Virus record (IMG/VR): IMGVR_UViG_3300032157_000004
Span: 17,874 to 81,873 of that record
DNA: 64,000 bases
Origin: a virus
Direction: 5' to 3' (one strand)
The notes under the pieces are model-generated. The model did not search any database. It saw nothing but the letters and a program-made list of their open reading frames with translations, and was not told the DNA's origin. Of this stretch, positions 9,584 through 17,006 are shown piece after piece; the first letter of the stretch is position 1, and each line of letters opens with the position of its first letter. A program made the position numbers and the translations under genes.

Positions 9584-10990
9584 CTATTCGGAATAGTGTG
9601 TTGAATCATCGTCAGTCAGGTACAGAACTTCAACGTCTCTTTGAGTTGAAAGCGGTCGAAGTTTAGCTTCTTCCATGATTACCTGTTTGAGTTGAATCAA
9701 CTCAACACCATCGGAGTGCTGGACAGTAATCGTGTCAAAGCCAAAGTTCATTATGGGGTCGAATTCCAGCAGCATGACTGACTCTTTCACTTGTCGTTTC
9801 TCCTTCATATCAGGCTTGCGGTTGCGTGTCGAGTACAGCATCTTGGCGCGGATAGCACGAAAGCTATACCCGCGACCCAATCGGTTGACGACTTTGGCGA
9901 CGCCATTCAAGGCTTCCGTGACAGCATTGGTGACAGGATGATCAAAGTAAGCAAAGGCTTCGGCCTCCCAATTGGTGAGTGCAGTCATGAGATCACCGAA
10001 TGCCCAGGCCAGATCGTTGGCGCGGACTTCTGCGGCCCACTCTCGGTAGTGAATTATGGCGGTTTGTTTGTCTGTCTCTGTGTCCCACAGGTCGTAGATG
10101 GCTTCCTTGAGTTCGTAGGCAACCGCCAATTCAGGGAAGGTTTCCAACCAAGTAGCCAGCAGAATTGTCTTATTGGGTGGCAACTCAGACCGGCGACGAA
10201 AGAGCAGGAACCTATCGTGCATCAGGGTACGACGTTGCCGGTCGGTCAATCCCTCTCTGATACGCTTGCGAACCTTGTCAATGGCCTGGTTTGCCATTCT
10301 GACGACATGGAATTTGTCAATGACGATGATTGCCTGTGGAAGCACGGCCCTGACAGCATCTCGATAAGGTATCCACATATCCATTGCGACCAATTCAATT
10401 TGGTCACGGTTGGGCAGGGCCATAAGTCGCTTGGCTACCTCTGGCTTTTTTCGACCAGGCAGGATGTCAATGAGTGTGCGAGCCTCAACATTGGTCAGCA
10501 CGCAACGGGCATTGCCAAGAAGATGCAACTCGTCAATGCCCAACCATCGTGGCGTGTTGAACTGGATGGCTTGTTCCAAGTGGTCAACGTGCCGACCAAA
10601 AATGTTACGAATAGTGCCTTCATCTACCCCAATGTCGGCGGCCAGGCTGGTAAAGGTACGTTCCAATGCCTTTGTCTGTACCCATTTGACCAGTCGTTTT
10701 GCTGCTCTGTGGTGGTCATCCAGATCGTCAAGCTGCTCAAAGAATGTGCGCTGGCACTCAAGGCACTTCCACTTCTTGCGCTGCACCAACAGTCTGACTT
10801 TCTTGCCGTGGATGGGAAGATCGCGGAATGGTTGATGCTTCGTGCCGTAACGATGCAACTTTGGATGGATGACGCCACAAGACAAGCAAACCTCTGGCTG
10901 CACTGTGTACCGAGCCTTGATGATGTATTCGTCGTGGGCTTCTTCGACCTCGGTTACGTCCCACTTGGGGAGGTTGAGAATGTCAGTCAT
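9584..10990 (-). CDS. ISL3-family DDE transposase
   Basis: Zn finger CLSC...WKCLEC, GIDE, VAMDMWIPY, IDKFHVV, TNAVTEALN; stop codon falls inside the terminal IR. Confidence 0.93.
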   Translation of the reverse strand: MTDILNLPKWDVTEVEEAHDEYIIKARYTVQPEVCLSCGVIHPKLHRYGTKHQPFRDLPIHGKKVRLLVQRKKWKCLECQRTFFEQLDDLDDHHRAAKRLVKWVQTKALERTFTSLAADIGVDEGTIRNIFGRHVDHLEQAIQFNTPRWLGIDELHLLGNARCVLTNVEARTLIDILPGRKKPEVAKRLMALPNRDQIELVAMDMWIPYRDAVRAVLPQAIIVIDKFHVVRMANQAIDKVRKRIREGLTDRQRRTLMHDRFLLFRRRSELPPNKTILLATWLETFPELAVAYELKEAIYDLWDTETDKQTAIIHYREWAAEVRANDLAWAFGDLMTALTNWEAEAFAYFDHPVTNAVTEALNGVAKVVNRLGRGYSFRAIRAKMLYSTRNRKPDMKEKRQVKESVMLLEFDPIMNFGFDTITVQHSDGVELIQLKQVIMEEAKLRPLSTQRDVEVLYLTDDDSTHYSE

Positions 10991-11031
10991 GTTTTCCCTT
11001 AACGAGTTTTGAAAACTGGTCTATTTGCCTA

Positions 11032-11060
11032 TTGACAAAATATTGCACATGTGCTATATT
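11032..11060 (+). promoter_or_regulatory. Sigma70-type promoter for the IS passenger ORFs
   Basis: TTGACA (11032-37), 17 bp, TATATT (11055-60) with TGn extended -10; palindrome gcacatgtgc in the spacer; flanking IR tgcctat/ataggca. Confidence 0.7.
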
Positions 11061-11111
11061 ATAGGCATGAACGGCACATATGAGATGCCGAATAGCACAG
11101 GAGAAACAACA

Positions 11112-11342
11112 ATGGCTCGCCAAACAGCAAAGCAACAAGTTATCGAAATGTTGAAAGATGTTTACGAAGACGGTGATGTCAACGCCGCCACCATCTTCAA
11201 GGGTTATGCTCACGATACTTTCCAGAACGGCTGGCACTTGCGCTTCTTTGGCCGCAGCGATCACATTTTCATGGGTACGTCGGTAGCAGAGGTGAGTGCC
11301 TACTGTGACGATGTTCGTACCAATCGGGAAGTTGGGTACTAG
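11112..11342 (+). CDS. IS passenger ORF 1, hypothetical (76 aa)
   Basis: RBS caggag upstream of ATG 11112; downstream of the consensus promoter. Confidence 0.65.
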   Translation: MARQTAKQQVIEMLKDVYEDGDVNAATIFKGYAHDTFQNGWHLRFFGRSDHIFMGTSVAEVSAYCDDVRTNREVGY

Positions 11343-11363
11343 ACGCTCAGGAGCCACAGCGAT

Positions 11364-11702
11364 ATGTGGCTCCACTCTATTATGAACATCCTGACGCAAG
11401 ATGAAGTGATCGAAAAACTTGGCGTGAGTCGCCAGCTTCTTAGCCAATCTATACGCCCCCTCATGGAACGAGAGGGAGATGCCAAGCAGATAGGTGAAGG
11501 CAAACGTGCCGTATGGATATATGATGGCGACCAACTTTGGCGATGGAAAGAGTACATCGAAAAGCGCAACGCCCTAATCGAGATCGGCTATCCAGGTTGG
11601 CATAGCAAGCGACCGTATGATTTGGGCGAGATGAACTCGCTTGTTGATCAAGGCGTCTTTGATGGCGAAATTGATCACCCTGCCTTTCGGCTACCGGAAT
11701 GA
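11364..11702 (+). CDS. IS passenger ORF 2, probable HTH DNA-binding protein
   Basis: ILTQDEVIEKLGVSRQLLSQ resembles a MerR/excisionase-like HTH; RBS aggag. Confidence 0.6.
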   Translation: MWLHSIMNILTQDEVIEKLGVSRQLLSQSIRPLMEREGDAKQIGEGKRAVWIYDGDQLWRWKEYIEKRNALIEIGYPGWHSKRPYDLGEMNSLVDQGVFDGEIDHPAFRLPE

Positions 11703-11836
11703 TTTCCGTTGACCCTGCTTTCGGGTATGGTCAACTCAACTTTCCGATTTCAGACCTTTATGTTATACCATCGGAATTCAACAAAAGCAACTCTATATTC
11801 CGATTTAGGATGTTAACGTACAAAACTCAGTTCAAC

Positions 11837-13546
11837 TCAGTATTCCGAATAGCCATTTTTTTTCTTATCAAAGACCGCCAGTAAATCGGCGGCTGTAACC
11901 TTTTTAATCATTCCCACTCGGTAGTCTAGGGTTGAATGAATGAGATGATCGATGGTCTGGTAGCCGTCAACGGTAACAGACCGCATATTGACAATGACTG
12001 GGGATTCGGTTGTTCCAATCCTACGGTTTCTGTGTAGACACTGGAAGTAAGAATCATCGTACATCCGTTCAACAAAAAATGCCGTTCTCGCTTTGGTGAG
12101 TGTGAAGCCGAATTTTCCAACTTGGTTATTAAGCACCAGAACATCAAGTTCTCCGTTCTGGAACGCATCTACCATCTTGTTGCGATCTTCCATCTTCGTA
12201 GCGCCGTTGGCGAGAGCCACCCGCTTCTTAATCTTGCTGAAGTGATCTCTCAACAACTCACCTGTCTTGATGAAATTTACCCACACCAGATAAGGGCCAG
12301 GATAGAAACTCATCAGTTCCGGTAGAGCATCCCACTTTCCCGCCGAATCGACACCACCCACCAAGAGCGGGTTAGAAGCAACTTGAACAGAGCGCACCAT
12401 CAAACTTAGATGGTTGTTGACTGTGACGTACTCACCAGGATCGACTGTTGCTAATTCAACCCGTAACTTTTTTCTCAGTTCTTCGTAGGCTGCATCCTGC
12501 TTGGGCAGCATGGGGATATTGATATCCTCCATGATCCAATCGGGAATGTCGGCAACATCGTCTTGGGTACGGGAAAAATAAATGTCAGCAAAATTTTTCT
12601 TGATTTCTTTTTCTGCGTTGGGCTTGTTAGCAACCAGCTTACTGCCCCACTCATCTTTGTTTACTATAACATATTTCTCGACAAATCTCCAGTAGCTCGG
12701 ATACCCTTTAGGCTTGAGAATGTGGAATTGATGCCACATATCATCCAAGAGTTTTGTCGCTGGAGCGCCTGTGAGAAGCCAGCAAACATCAATCACACTC
12801 GCCAGTTCCTTAATAGCTTTGGAACGAAGGCTGTCATGGTTTTTGTACATGATCGACTCGTCCAGAATTAGACACTCATAAGGCGGATCATAGGCCATGA
12901 ACTCGTTTAGATGTTTGACGACTGTCTCTGGATTGGTGATACCCCACCAAGCTTCACTATCTTCTAACAATGTACCGCCGCCCAACCCTGATGTAACTTT
13001 GCGATGCATCACAGCCGGAAAAGGCTTGACTGGCAGCTTATCTCCCCATTTTCGCAACTCGCCATCCCAATAATAAAGAAGGGAAGCAGGACATACTACC
13101 AAAATATTTTTAAAATTTTTCTTTCCCGCCGCATCTGCCGCCGTCAGTGTTTTGCCCAATCCAGGCGACAGGGAGAGCATCGCCCTATCATGGCGCACCA
13201 AAAAATCAGAAGCCTCTTGTTGGTAATCAAACAAGACACTGTTTTCATCCTTTTCCCAAGCTTCGACATAGGGTGGTCGTTCTCGACGCAGCCAATTGTC
13301 AACCTTCTTGGTAGGAACAAAGGAGAGTCCCGACCAGATGAGGTCGTAATAATTCTCTAAGGTAGGGATTGCCATCATAACAAACTGGTCTTTAACCGCC
13401 CTCCAGTTGGTTACTTCTAACAGAACCCTGACCCTCGGATCACCCCAATCCACAGGTCGGAAGATGAGCATACCTTGCGTATACTGCATCCCTAGCATCC
13501 CAGGCTCTAATATTTTGGCTAGTTCTTTAGGAGAGTAATCCTTCAT
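11837..13546 (-). CDS. SNF2-family (SF2) helicase; last codons supplied by the IS end
   Basis: LSPGLGKT, LILDES, LLTGAP, helicase-C motifs; terminal GYSEY* is read from the IS IR. Confidence 0.88.
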   Translation of the reverse strand: MKDYSPKELAKILEPGMLGMQYTQGMLIFRPVDWGDPRVRVLLEVTNWRAVKDQFVMMAIPTLENYYDLIWSGLSFVPTKKVDNWLRRERPPYVEAWEKDENSVLFDYQQEASDFLVRHDRAMLSLSPGLGKTLTAADAAGKKNFKNILVVCPASLLYYWDGELRKWGDKLPVKPFPAVMHRKVTSGLGGGTLLEDSEAWWGITNPETVVKHLNEFMAYDPPYECLILDESIMYKNHDSLRSKAIKELASVIDVCWLLTGAPATKLLDDMWHQFHILKPKGYPSYWRFVEKYVIVNKDEWGSKLVANKPNAEKEIKKNFADIYFSRTQDDVADIPDWIMEDINIPMLPKQDAAYEELRKKLRVELATVDPGEYVTVNNHLSLMVRSVQVASNPLLVGGVDSAGKWDALPELMSFYPGPYLVWVNFIKTGELLRDHFSKIKKRVALANGATKMEDRNKMVDAFQNGELDVLVLNNQVGKFGFTLTKARTAFFVERMYDDSYFQCLHRNRRIGTTESPVIVNMRSVTVDGYQTIDHLIHSTLDYRVGMIKKVTAADLLAVFDKKKNGYSEY

Positions 13547-13832
13547 CAGATAAAAGTCCGCTATTTTCTAGCAACGAATCAGAGGGCAGAATATCCAAAT
13601 GAGTCGGTCGGAAGCATCTAGCTCCGCCGCCGTCCATGTTAACCCATATCTGCACAACTTTTGTCTCACGATTAATGTAGACATTGTAGATTGTGCCTAC
13701 ATAGTCCTCAGACCTACTAGCCCATGCCAGAGTGATACCCTCCTTCACCTTAACACGCACTCCATTTAGAGAAGAAACCCTCTCAGCGGCCTCCCCTATT
13801 GTCATTACTTCATCACCAAACTTTTTTTCCAT
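13527..13832 (-). CDS. Hypothetical protein
   Basis: 101-aa ORF with RBS, overlapping the helicase start. Confidence 0.6.
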   Translation of the reverse strand: MEKKFGDEVMTIGEAAERVSSLNGVRVKVKEGITLAWASRSEDYVGTIYNVYINRETKVVQIWVNMDGGGARCFRPTHLDILPSDSLLENSGLLSDEGLLS

Positions 13833-13869
13833 CGGTTTTCTCTCTTTTTATTTTCTTAAAAAATTAGAC

Positions 13870-13904
13870 TTTGTGCGACCAGGAGAACCCACTGGTCGCA
13901 CAAA
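13870..13904 (-). terminator. Intrinsic terminator after the Ro60 gene
   Basis: 13-bp stem tttgtgcgaccag/ctggtcgcacaaa directly after the stop, with a T-run downstream on the minus strand. Confidence 0.65.
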
Positions 13905-15227
13905 TTACATTTCCCCAGCCTTTTCCATTTCGACAATATAACGGAACACCGACTCTGAGAAGCCGTCGATATGAATCCAGTCACCATAGCCAACGCCATT
14001 TTGGTAGCTGGCAACGTTGATCAGATAGCCCTTGACACCCTTCGGAACCGACAGGATGCCATCATGTGTCTGTTCGTCCGTGATGACGATGATACGGTCA
14101 TACTTGGTCTTGGCGTTGATCTCCTTGAGAGAATTAGCCAGATAAGTACCGCCTCTATTCGACTTTTCAATCGCATCACGCAGCGCAAAACCTCTACGTG
14201 GCGGCACAAGAACAGCCTTGTCAGCGAACGACCACACCTCTACATCATCGCACATTTCACGTCCGACCATTGCCACACCACAGGCAGCGTCGGTGCGTTC
14301 CATATCCGACTTGGCGGAGAGCGGCGCACGCATCGAACCGGACATATCGACCAGGATGACTGTCTTACCCGCCAGCTTCAACTCACCAGCCGCCTCGAAA
14401 AATTTTTCTTCCAAAGCTGGCTCCAACTGCGGCACTTCTCTAGCTGCGGCAATAAAGCGGAAAGGCAGAACACGATAGATGGACATATCGTGAATCGCTT
14501 GCATGATCGTGCCATTATGCACACCCGCCTGTTGCATGTTTCTTAAATTTCTAAGCAGCGCCAACGCTCCCAACTTCTTCTCAACCAGAAGGCGAGTCCA
14601 CTTGTTCAACTTGGACACGCCATCATTTCTGGATAACTCGACTTCCCAGGTGTCAGGAGTCGGCAACTCACCCTTAACTGCTTGACGCCACAACTCGGCT
14701 TGATCTGCATTATCAGGTTCAGGGCGCACGATACGAAACACGTCCTTCAAAGAAACAGACCCTTGACGGTCGTACTTGGCAAGCGCATAGGCGTCAAACT
14801 TACGCAAAGCCTGTGCCAGTCCATCACGAACACAGTGGGCGACAGGAACCTTACCCTCCGCCCAATACATCGCCATGAATTCCATCGGCTCGTCGGCACG
14901 TTGGATCACCTTCGCCAATGTGTCAGCCACATAGGGACGATGTGTTTCATGGCGTGCCATTTCACGAACCAGGAACAGCGGCGCATGGCGCAGCTTCATT
15001 TGCTCTCTGGCTTCGACAGCCATTGCCGCTACCTTCGCCGGAGCCACCAACGGTACACTGTTGGCAAGCCGCTTGGCAATTTCTTGACCATCTTCGTAGA
15101 ATGTCTTTTCCCACAGAAAGCAGGACATCAAAGACCGACGCAATTGTTGCTCGGCGTTGATGCGGTGCGCCTTCCCCCCTTCGTGAGTCAAGATTGGTGG
15201 TTGATTTGGCTTCACGTTTGTTTTCAT
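13905..15227 (-). CDS. rsr: Ro60/Rsr (TROVE + vWA) RNA-binding protein
   Basis: THEGG, LRR..MSCFLWE.TFYEDG, KLRHAPL, FDAYALAKY, PDTWEVELS, ALLRNLRNM, LPFRFIAA; vWA MIDAS DMSGSM and ITDEQ. Confidence 0.92.
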   Translation of the reverse strand: MKTNVKPNQPPILTHEGGKAHRINAEQQLRRSLMSCFLWEKTFYEDGQEIAKRLANSVPLVAPAKVAAMAVEAREQMKLRHAPLFLVREMARHETHRPYVADTLAKVIQRADEPMEFMAMYWAEGKVPVAHCVRDGLAQALRKFDAYALAKYDRQGSVSLKDVFRIVRPEPDNADQAELWRQAVKGELPTPDTWEVELSRNDGVSKLNKWTRLLVEKKLGALALLRNLRNMQQAGVHNGTIMQAIHDMSIYRVLPFRFIAAAREVPQLEPALEEKFFEAAGELKLAGKTVILVDMSGSMRAPLSAKSDMERTDAACGVAMVGREMCDDVEVWSFADKAVLVPPRRGFALRDAIEKSNRGGTYLANSLKEINAKTKYDRIIVITDEQTHDGILSVPKGVKGYLINVASYQNGVGYGDWIHIDGFSESVFRYIVEMEKAGEM

Positions 15228-15251
15228 TTTCTTTTTTCTCCTGAAAAATTT

Positions 15252-15575
15252 TTAGCCGTAAATCAGCCCAGCTTTACCGCTGACTGTCATCACACGATTG
15301 CCATTGTACTGCTTGCCTTTACGCAAGTCGGGCCTACGTTTAGCCTTAGACAAGACCAGCACAGGCTCGTCGCCTCTCTGGTATGTTCTCGGCGTCAACT
15401 GTCTGTAGCCCTGACTGACAAGATAACGACCATAACAGGCGTTGGCTTCTTGTCCAGTTGAGTGAGTCTTGGGCAAGTGCAGAGAGCGCAAACCCTTATT
15501 GGTTGCGCTAAGAGCCTGTCGTGTCCCTGAACAATGATCAAAAGGTGTATGACACATAAATTTATCTTGGCTCAT
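15252..15575 (-). CDS. Basic Cys/His-containing hypothetical protein between the RNA cluster and Ro60
   Basis: RBS caggagagaaaaccATG at 15575; CHTPFDHC...H.....A..CY.RYL..QGY. Confidence 0.7.
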   Translation of the reverse strand: MSQDKFMCHTPFDHCSGTRQALSATNKGLRSLHLPKTHSTGQEANACYGRYLVSQGYRQLTPRTYQRGDEPVLVLSKAKRRPDLRKGKQYNGNRVMTVSGKAGLIYG

Positions 15576-15676
15576 GGTTTTCTCTCCTGACGTTTTCTCT
15601 AAAAAGTTAATCTCAGCCACACTCTACATTACCACGTACGGCTCAGTCAATCCCCAAATAGCTAAATCTTTCAAAA

Positions 15677-15766
15677 TTTGTTGAGGGAAGAAGCGGCTAG
15701 GGCTTGGTATCAAAGCGTGGTTAGACACTGATAGAGAAGTATCCCTAACCTACACCACTCAACAAA
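15677..15766 (-). ncRNA. Y-RNA-like structured RNA without a tRNA domain
   Basis: Closing stem UUUGUUGAG/CUCAACAAA; core UGGUGUAGG opposite CCGCUUCUUCC; inner helix UUAGGG/CCCUAG; same core as the 16775-17000 RNA; ~450 bp upstream of Ro60. Confidence 0.65.
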
Positions 15767-15868
15767 ATAATTTTCTGGAGAGAATGCCAGTGTTGGCGGC
15801 TGGCACTCTCCACGTTCGAGACAGACCTTACAGGAGTTCACCGATGATCCCCCGAAACATCGGCTAGG

Positions 15869-15940
15869 CTGCTACGGTAGGACTCGAACCTACATTTTTC
15901 CGGTTAACAGCCGGATGCCTTGCCAGTCGGCCACATAGCA
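15869..15940 (-). tRNA. tRNA-Asn(GTT)
   Basis: Acceptor TGCTATG/CGTAGCA, G73; anticodon arm TCCGG-CTGTTAA-CCGGA; T arm GTAGG-TTCGAGT-CCTAC; CCA not fully encoded (CCT). Confidence 0.88.
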
Positions 15941-16102
15941 GTAATGGGTAGGGAGATACTGATCAGGTATCCTTATCGGCTTCCCTACCGAACCGAGTCT
16001 GTATCCAGACACACTAGCTGACTGTCTCTCCATTTGGCCGGAGACACGTTGTATAGCCTCTGGCCTTTGACGCCGCCAGTGACGTAAACAGATCTGTTTA
16101 GG

Positions 16103-16178
16103 CGAGACTGATCAGATTTGAACTGACGATCTTCTGTTCGACAAACAGACGCATTGGCCCTGGCTATGCTACAGTCCC
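16103..16178 (-). tRNA. tRNA-Asp(GTC)
   Basis: Acceptor GGGACTG/CAGTCTC, G73; anticodon arm TCTGT-TTGTCGA-ACAGA; T arm GTCAG-TTCAAAT-CTGAT; followed by CCT. Confidence 0.88.
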
Positions 16179-16265
16179 GTAAAGAGGCTTTATAGCGGGC
16201 TGCAACCCTTGCCTCTTGCACTACACTTATCCGAAAACGCCCACTTTCTTAATGGAGGTGAAAAA

Positions 16266-16320
16266 CTCATCGGCTGTATCTTCGCGCTCCGACTTGATTA
16301 AAGTTGGAACAGCCGATGAG
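16266..16320 (-). other. Long hairpin directly 3' of tRNA-Pro (terminator-like or separate small RNA)
   Basis: 12-bp perfect stem ctcatcggctgt/acagccgatgag with an inner 8-bp hairpin, followed by TTTTT on the minus strand. Confidence 0.5.
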
Positions 16321-16321
16321 A

Positions 16322-16396
16322 TGGTCAAGGTGGCAGGAATCGAACCTGCGTGTACTTGCTCCCAAAGCAAGCGGGTGGCCTCTACCCTACACCCTG
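16322..16396 (-). tRNA. tRNA-Pro(TGG)
   Basis: Acceptor CAGGGTG/CACCTTG, A73, encoded CCA; anticodon arm CTTGC-TTTGGGA-GCAAG; T arm GCAGG-TTCGATT-CCTGC. Confidence 0.9.
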
Positions 16397-16578
16397 ATAA
16401 GCCTCGAAAGGGAGTTACCCTCTAACGATGTCGGGCATACAGCACCGTCTAGTCTTTCCTAGAAGCCAAGAAACACGTCGCTTAGTGAACGGATTAAAAA
16501 GTAAGCGTTGGTTTTCAGACCTCACTTTTTAATTAACGTAGCCGTACCTGCGGAATATTTTAGGCATATTCATACCAG

Positions 16579-16647
16579 TGGCGGGGGCCGGATTTGAACC
16601 TGCGACCACCCTCTTAACAGGAGAAGTAACCCTTATCTAACACCACC
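16579..16647 (-). ncRNA. tRNA-like RNA (Asn-type anticodon arm and T arm) whose 5' part is the Y-motif instead of a D arm
   Basis: GGTGGTG-TTAGATAAGGGTTAC-TTCTC CTGTTAA GAGGG-TGGTC-GCAGG TTCAAAT CCGGC-CCCCGCCA; no D stem. Confidence 0.6.
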
Positions 16648-16671
16648 GAACAATTCAGTTGTTAAAGTAAA

Positions 16672-16768
16672 CACCTTCGGATGGTGTCGAACCATCTACT
16701 CGGCTTGTCAGGCTTTGCGTATCCCCTCCCTCCAGAGCGACAAACTTCTGTCGAGAGCGACCGAAGAT
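16672..16768 (-). ncRNA. tRNA-like element: acceptor stem plus T arm with a non-canonical middle
   Basis: ATCTTCG/CGAAGGT 7-bp stem, G discriminator, T arm GATGG-TTCGACA-CCATC; inner hairpin CGACA/TGTCG; no canonical D or anticodon arm. Confidence 0.4.
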
Positions 16769-16774
16769 GATAAT

Positions 16775-17000
16775 ATCAGGGGAAGGAGGCGAAAACAGAT
16801 ATTTTCGGTGCTACCGTTACACTATCTCCGCAGACGCTTTAGAGAGTGGATGCCTTCTGTGTCCAGAAGGCACTCTAAAGCTGACTTCAAAAGTGTTAAT
16901 GCTTGCAACGGCCACTTTTGTAGTTTGGAGCGGAGAGTGGGACTCGAACCCACACTCGTCTTTTGGCATAAGAAGTAACTGTTTCCTATCACCACCTGAT
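16775..17000 (-). ncRNA. YrlA-like Y RNA containing a circularly permuted tRNA-Gly(GCC)
   Basis: Closing stem AUCAGG/CCUGAU; tRNA 3' part (anticodon arm to CCA, 16926-16974) precedes the 5' part (GCGGAGA plus D arm, 16807-16831); perfect 7-bp acceptor; promoter puts +1 at 17000. Confidence 0.8.
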
Positions 17001-17006
17001 GACATC

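Larger units (their letters stand above)
9582..11854 (-). mobile_element. ISL3-family insertion sequence with two passenger ORFs
   Basis: Terminal inverted repeats GGCTATTCGGAATA(G/C)TG(T/A)GTTGAA at 9582 and ending at 11854; 8-bp target duplication ATTTTTTT at 9574-9581 and 11855-11862; ISL3 transposase inside. Confidence 0.92.

Noticed and set aside
9791-11002. 403-aa plus-strand ORF
   Set aside because: Antisense shadow of the ISL3 transposase; no motifs or RBS.
16700-16760. c-di-GMP-I riboswitch resemblance (ACGCAAAGCC)
   Set aside because: The upstream GGCAAAC and GNRA-capped P2 elements are absent; only a 10-nt match.
16775-17000. Permuted two-piece tmRNA
   Set aside because: The acceptor has G3-C70 and U73 (Gly-type), not G3-U70 and A73; there is a full D arm and no tag reading frame or pseudoknot region.
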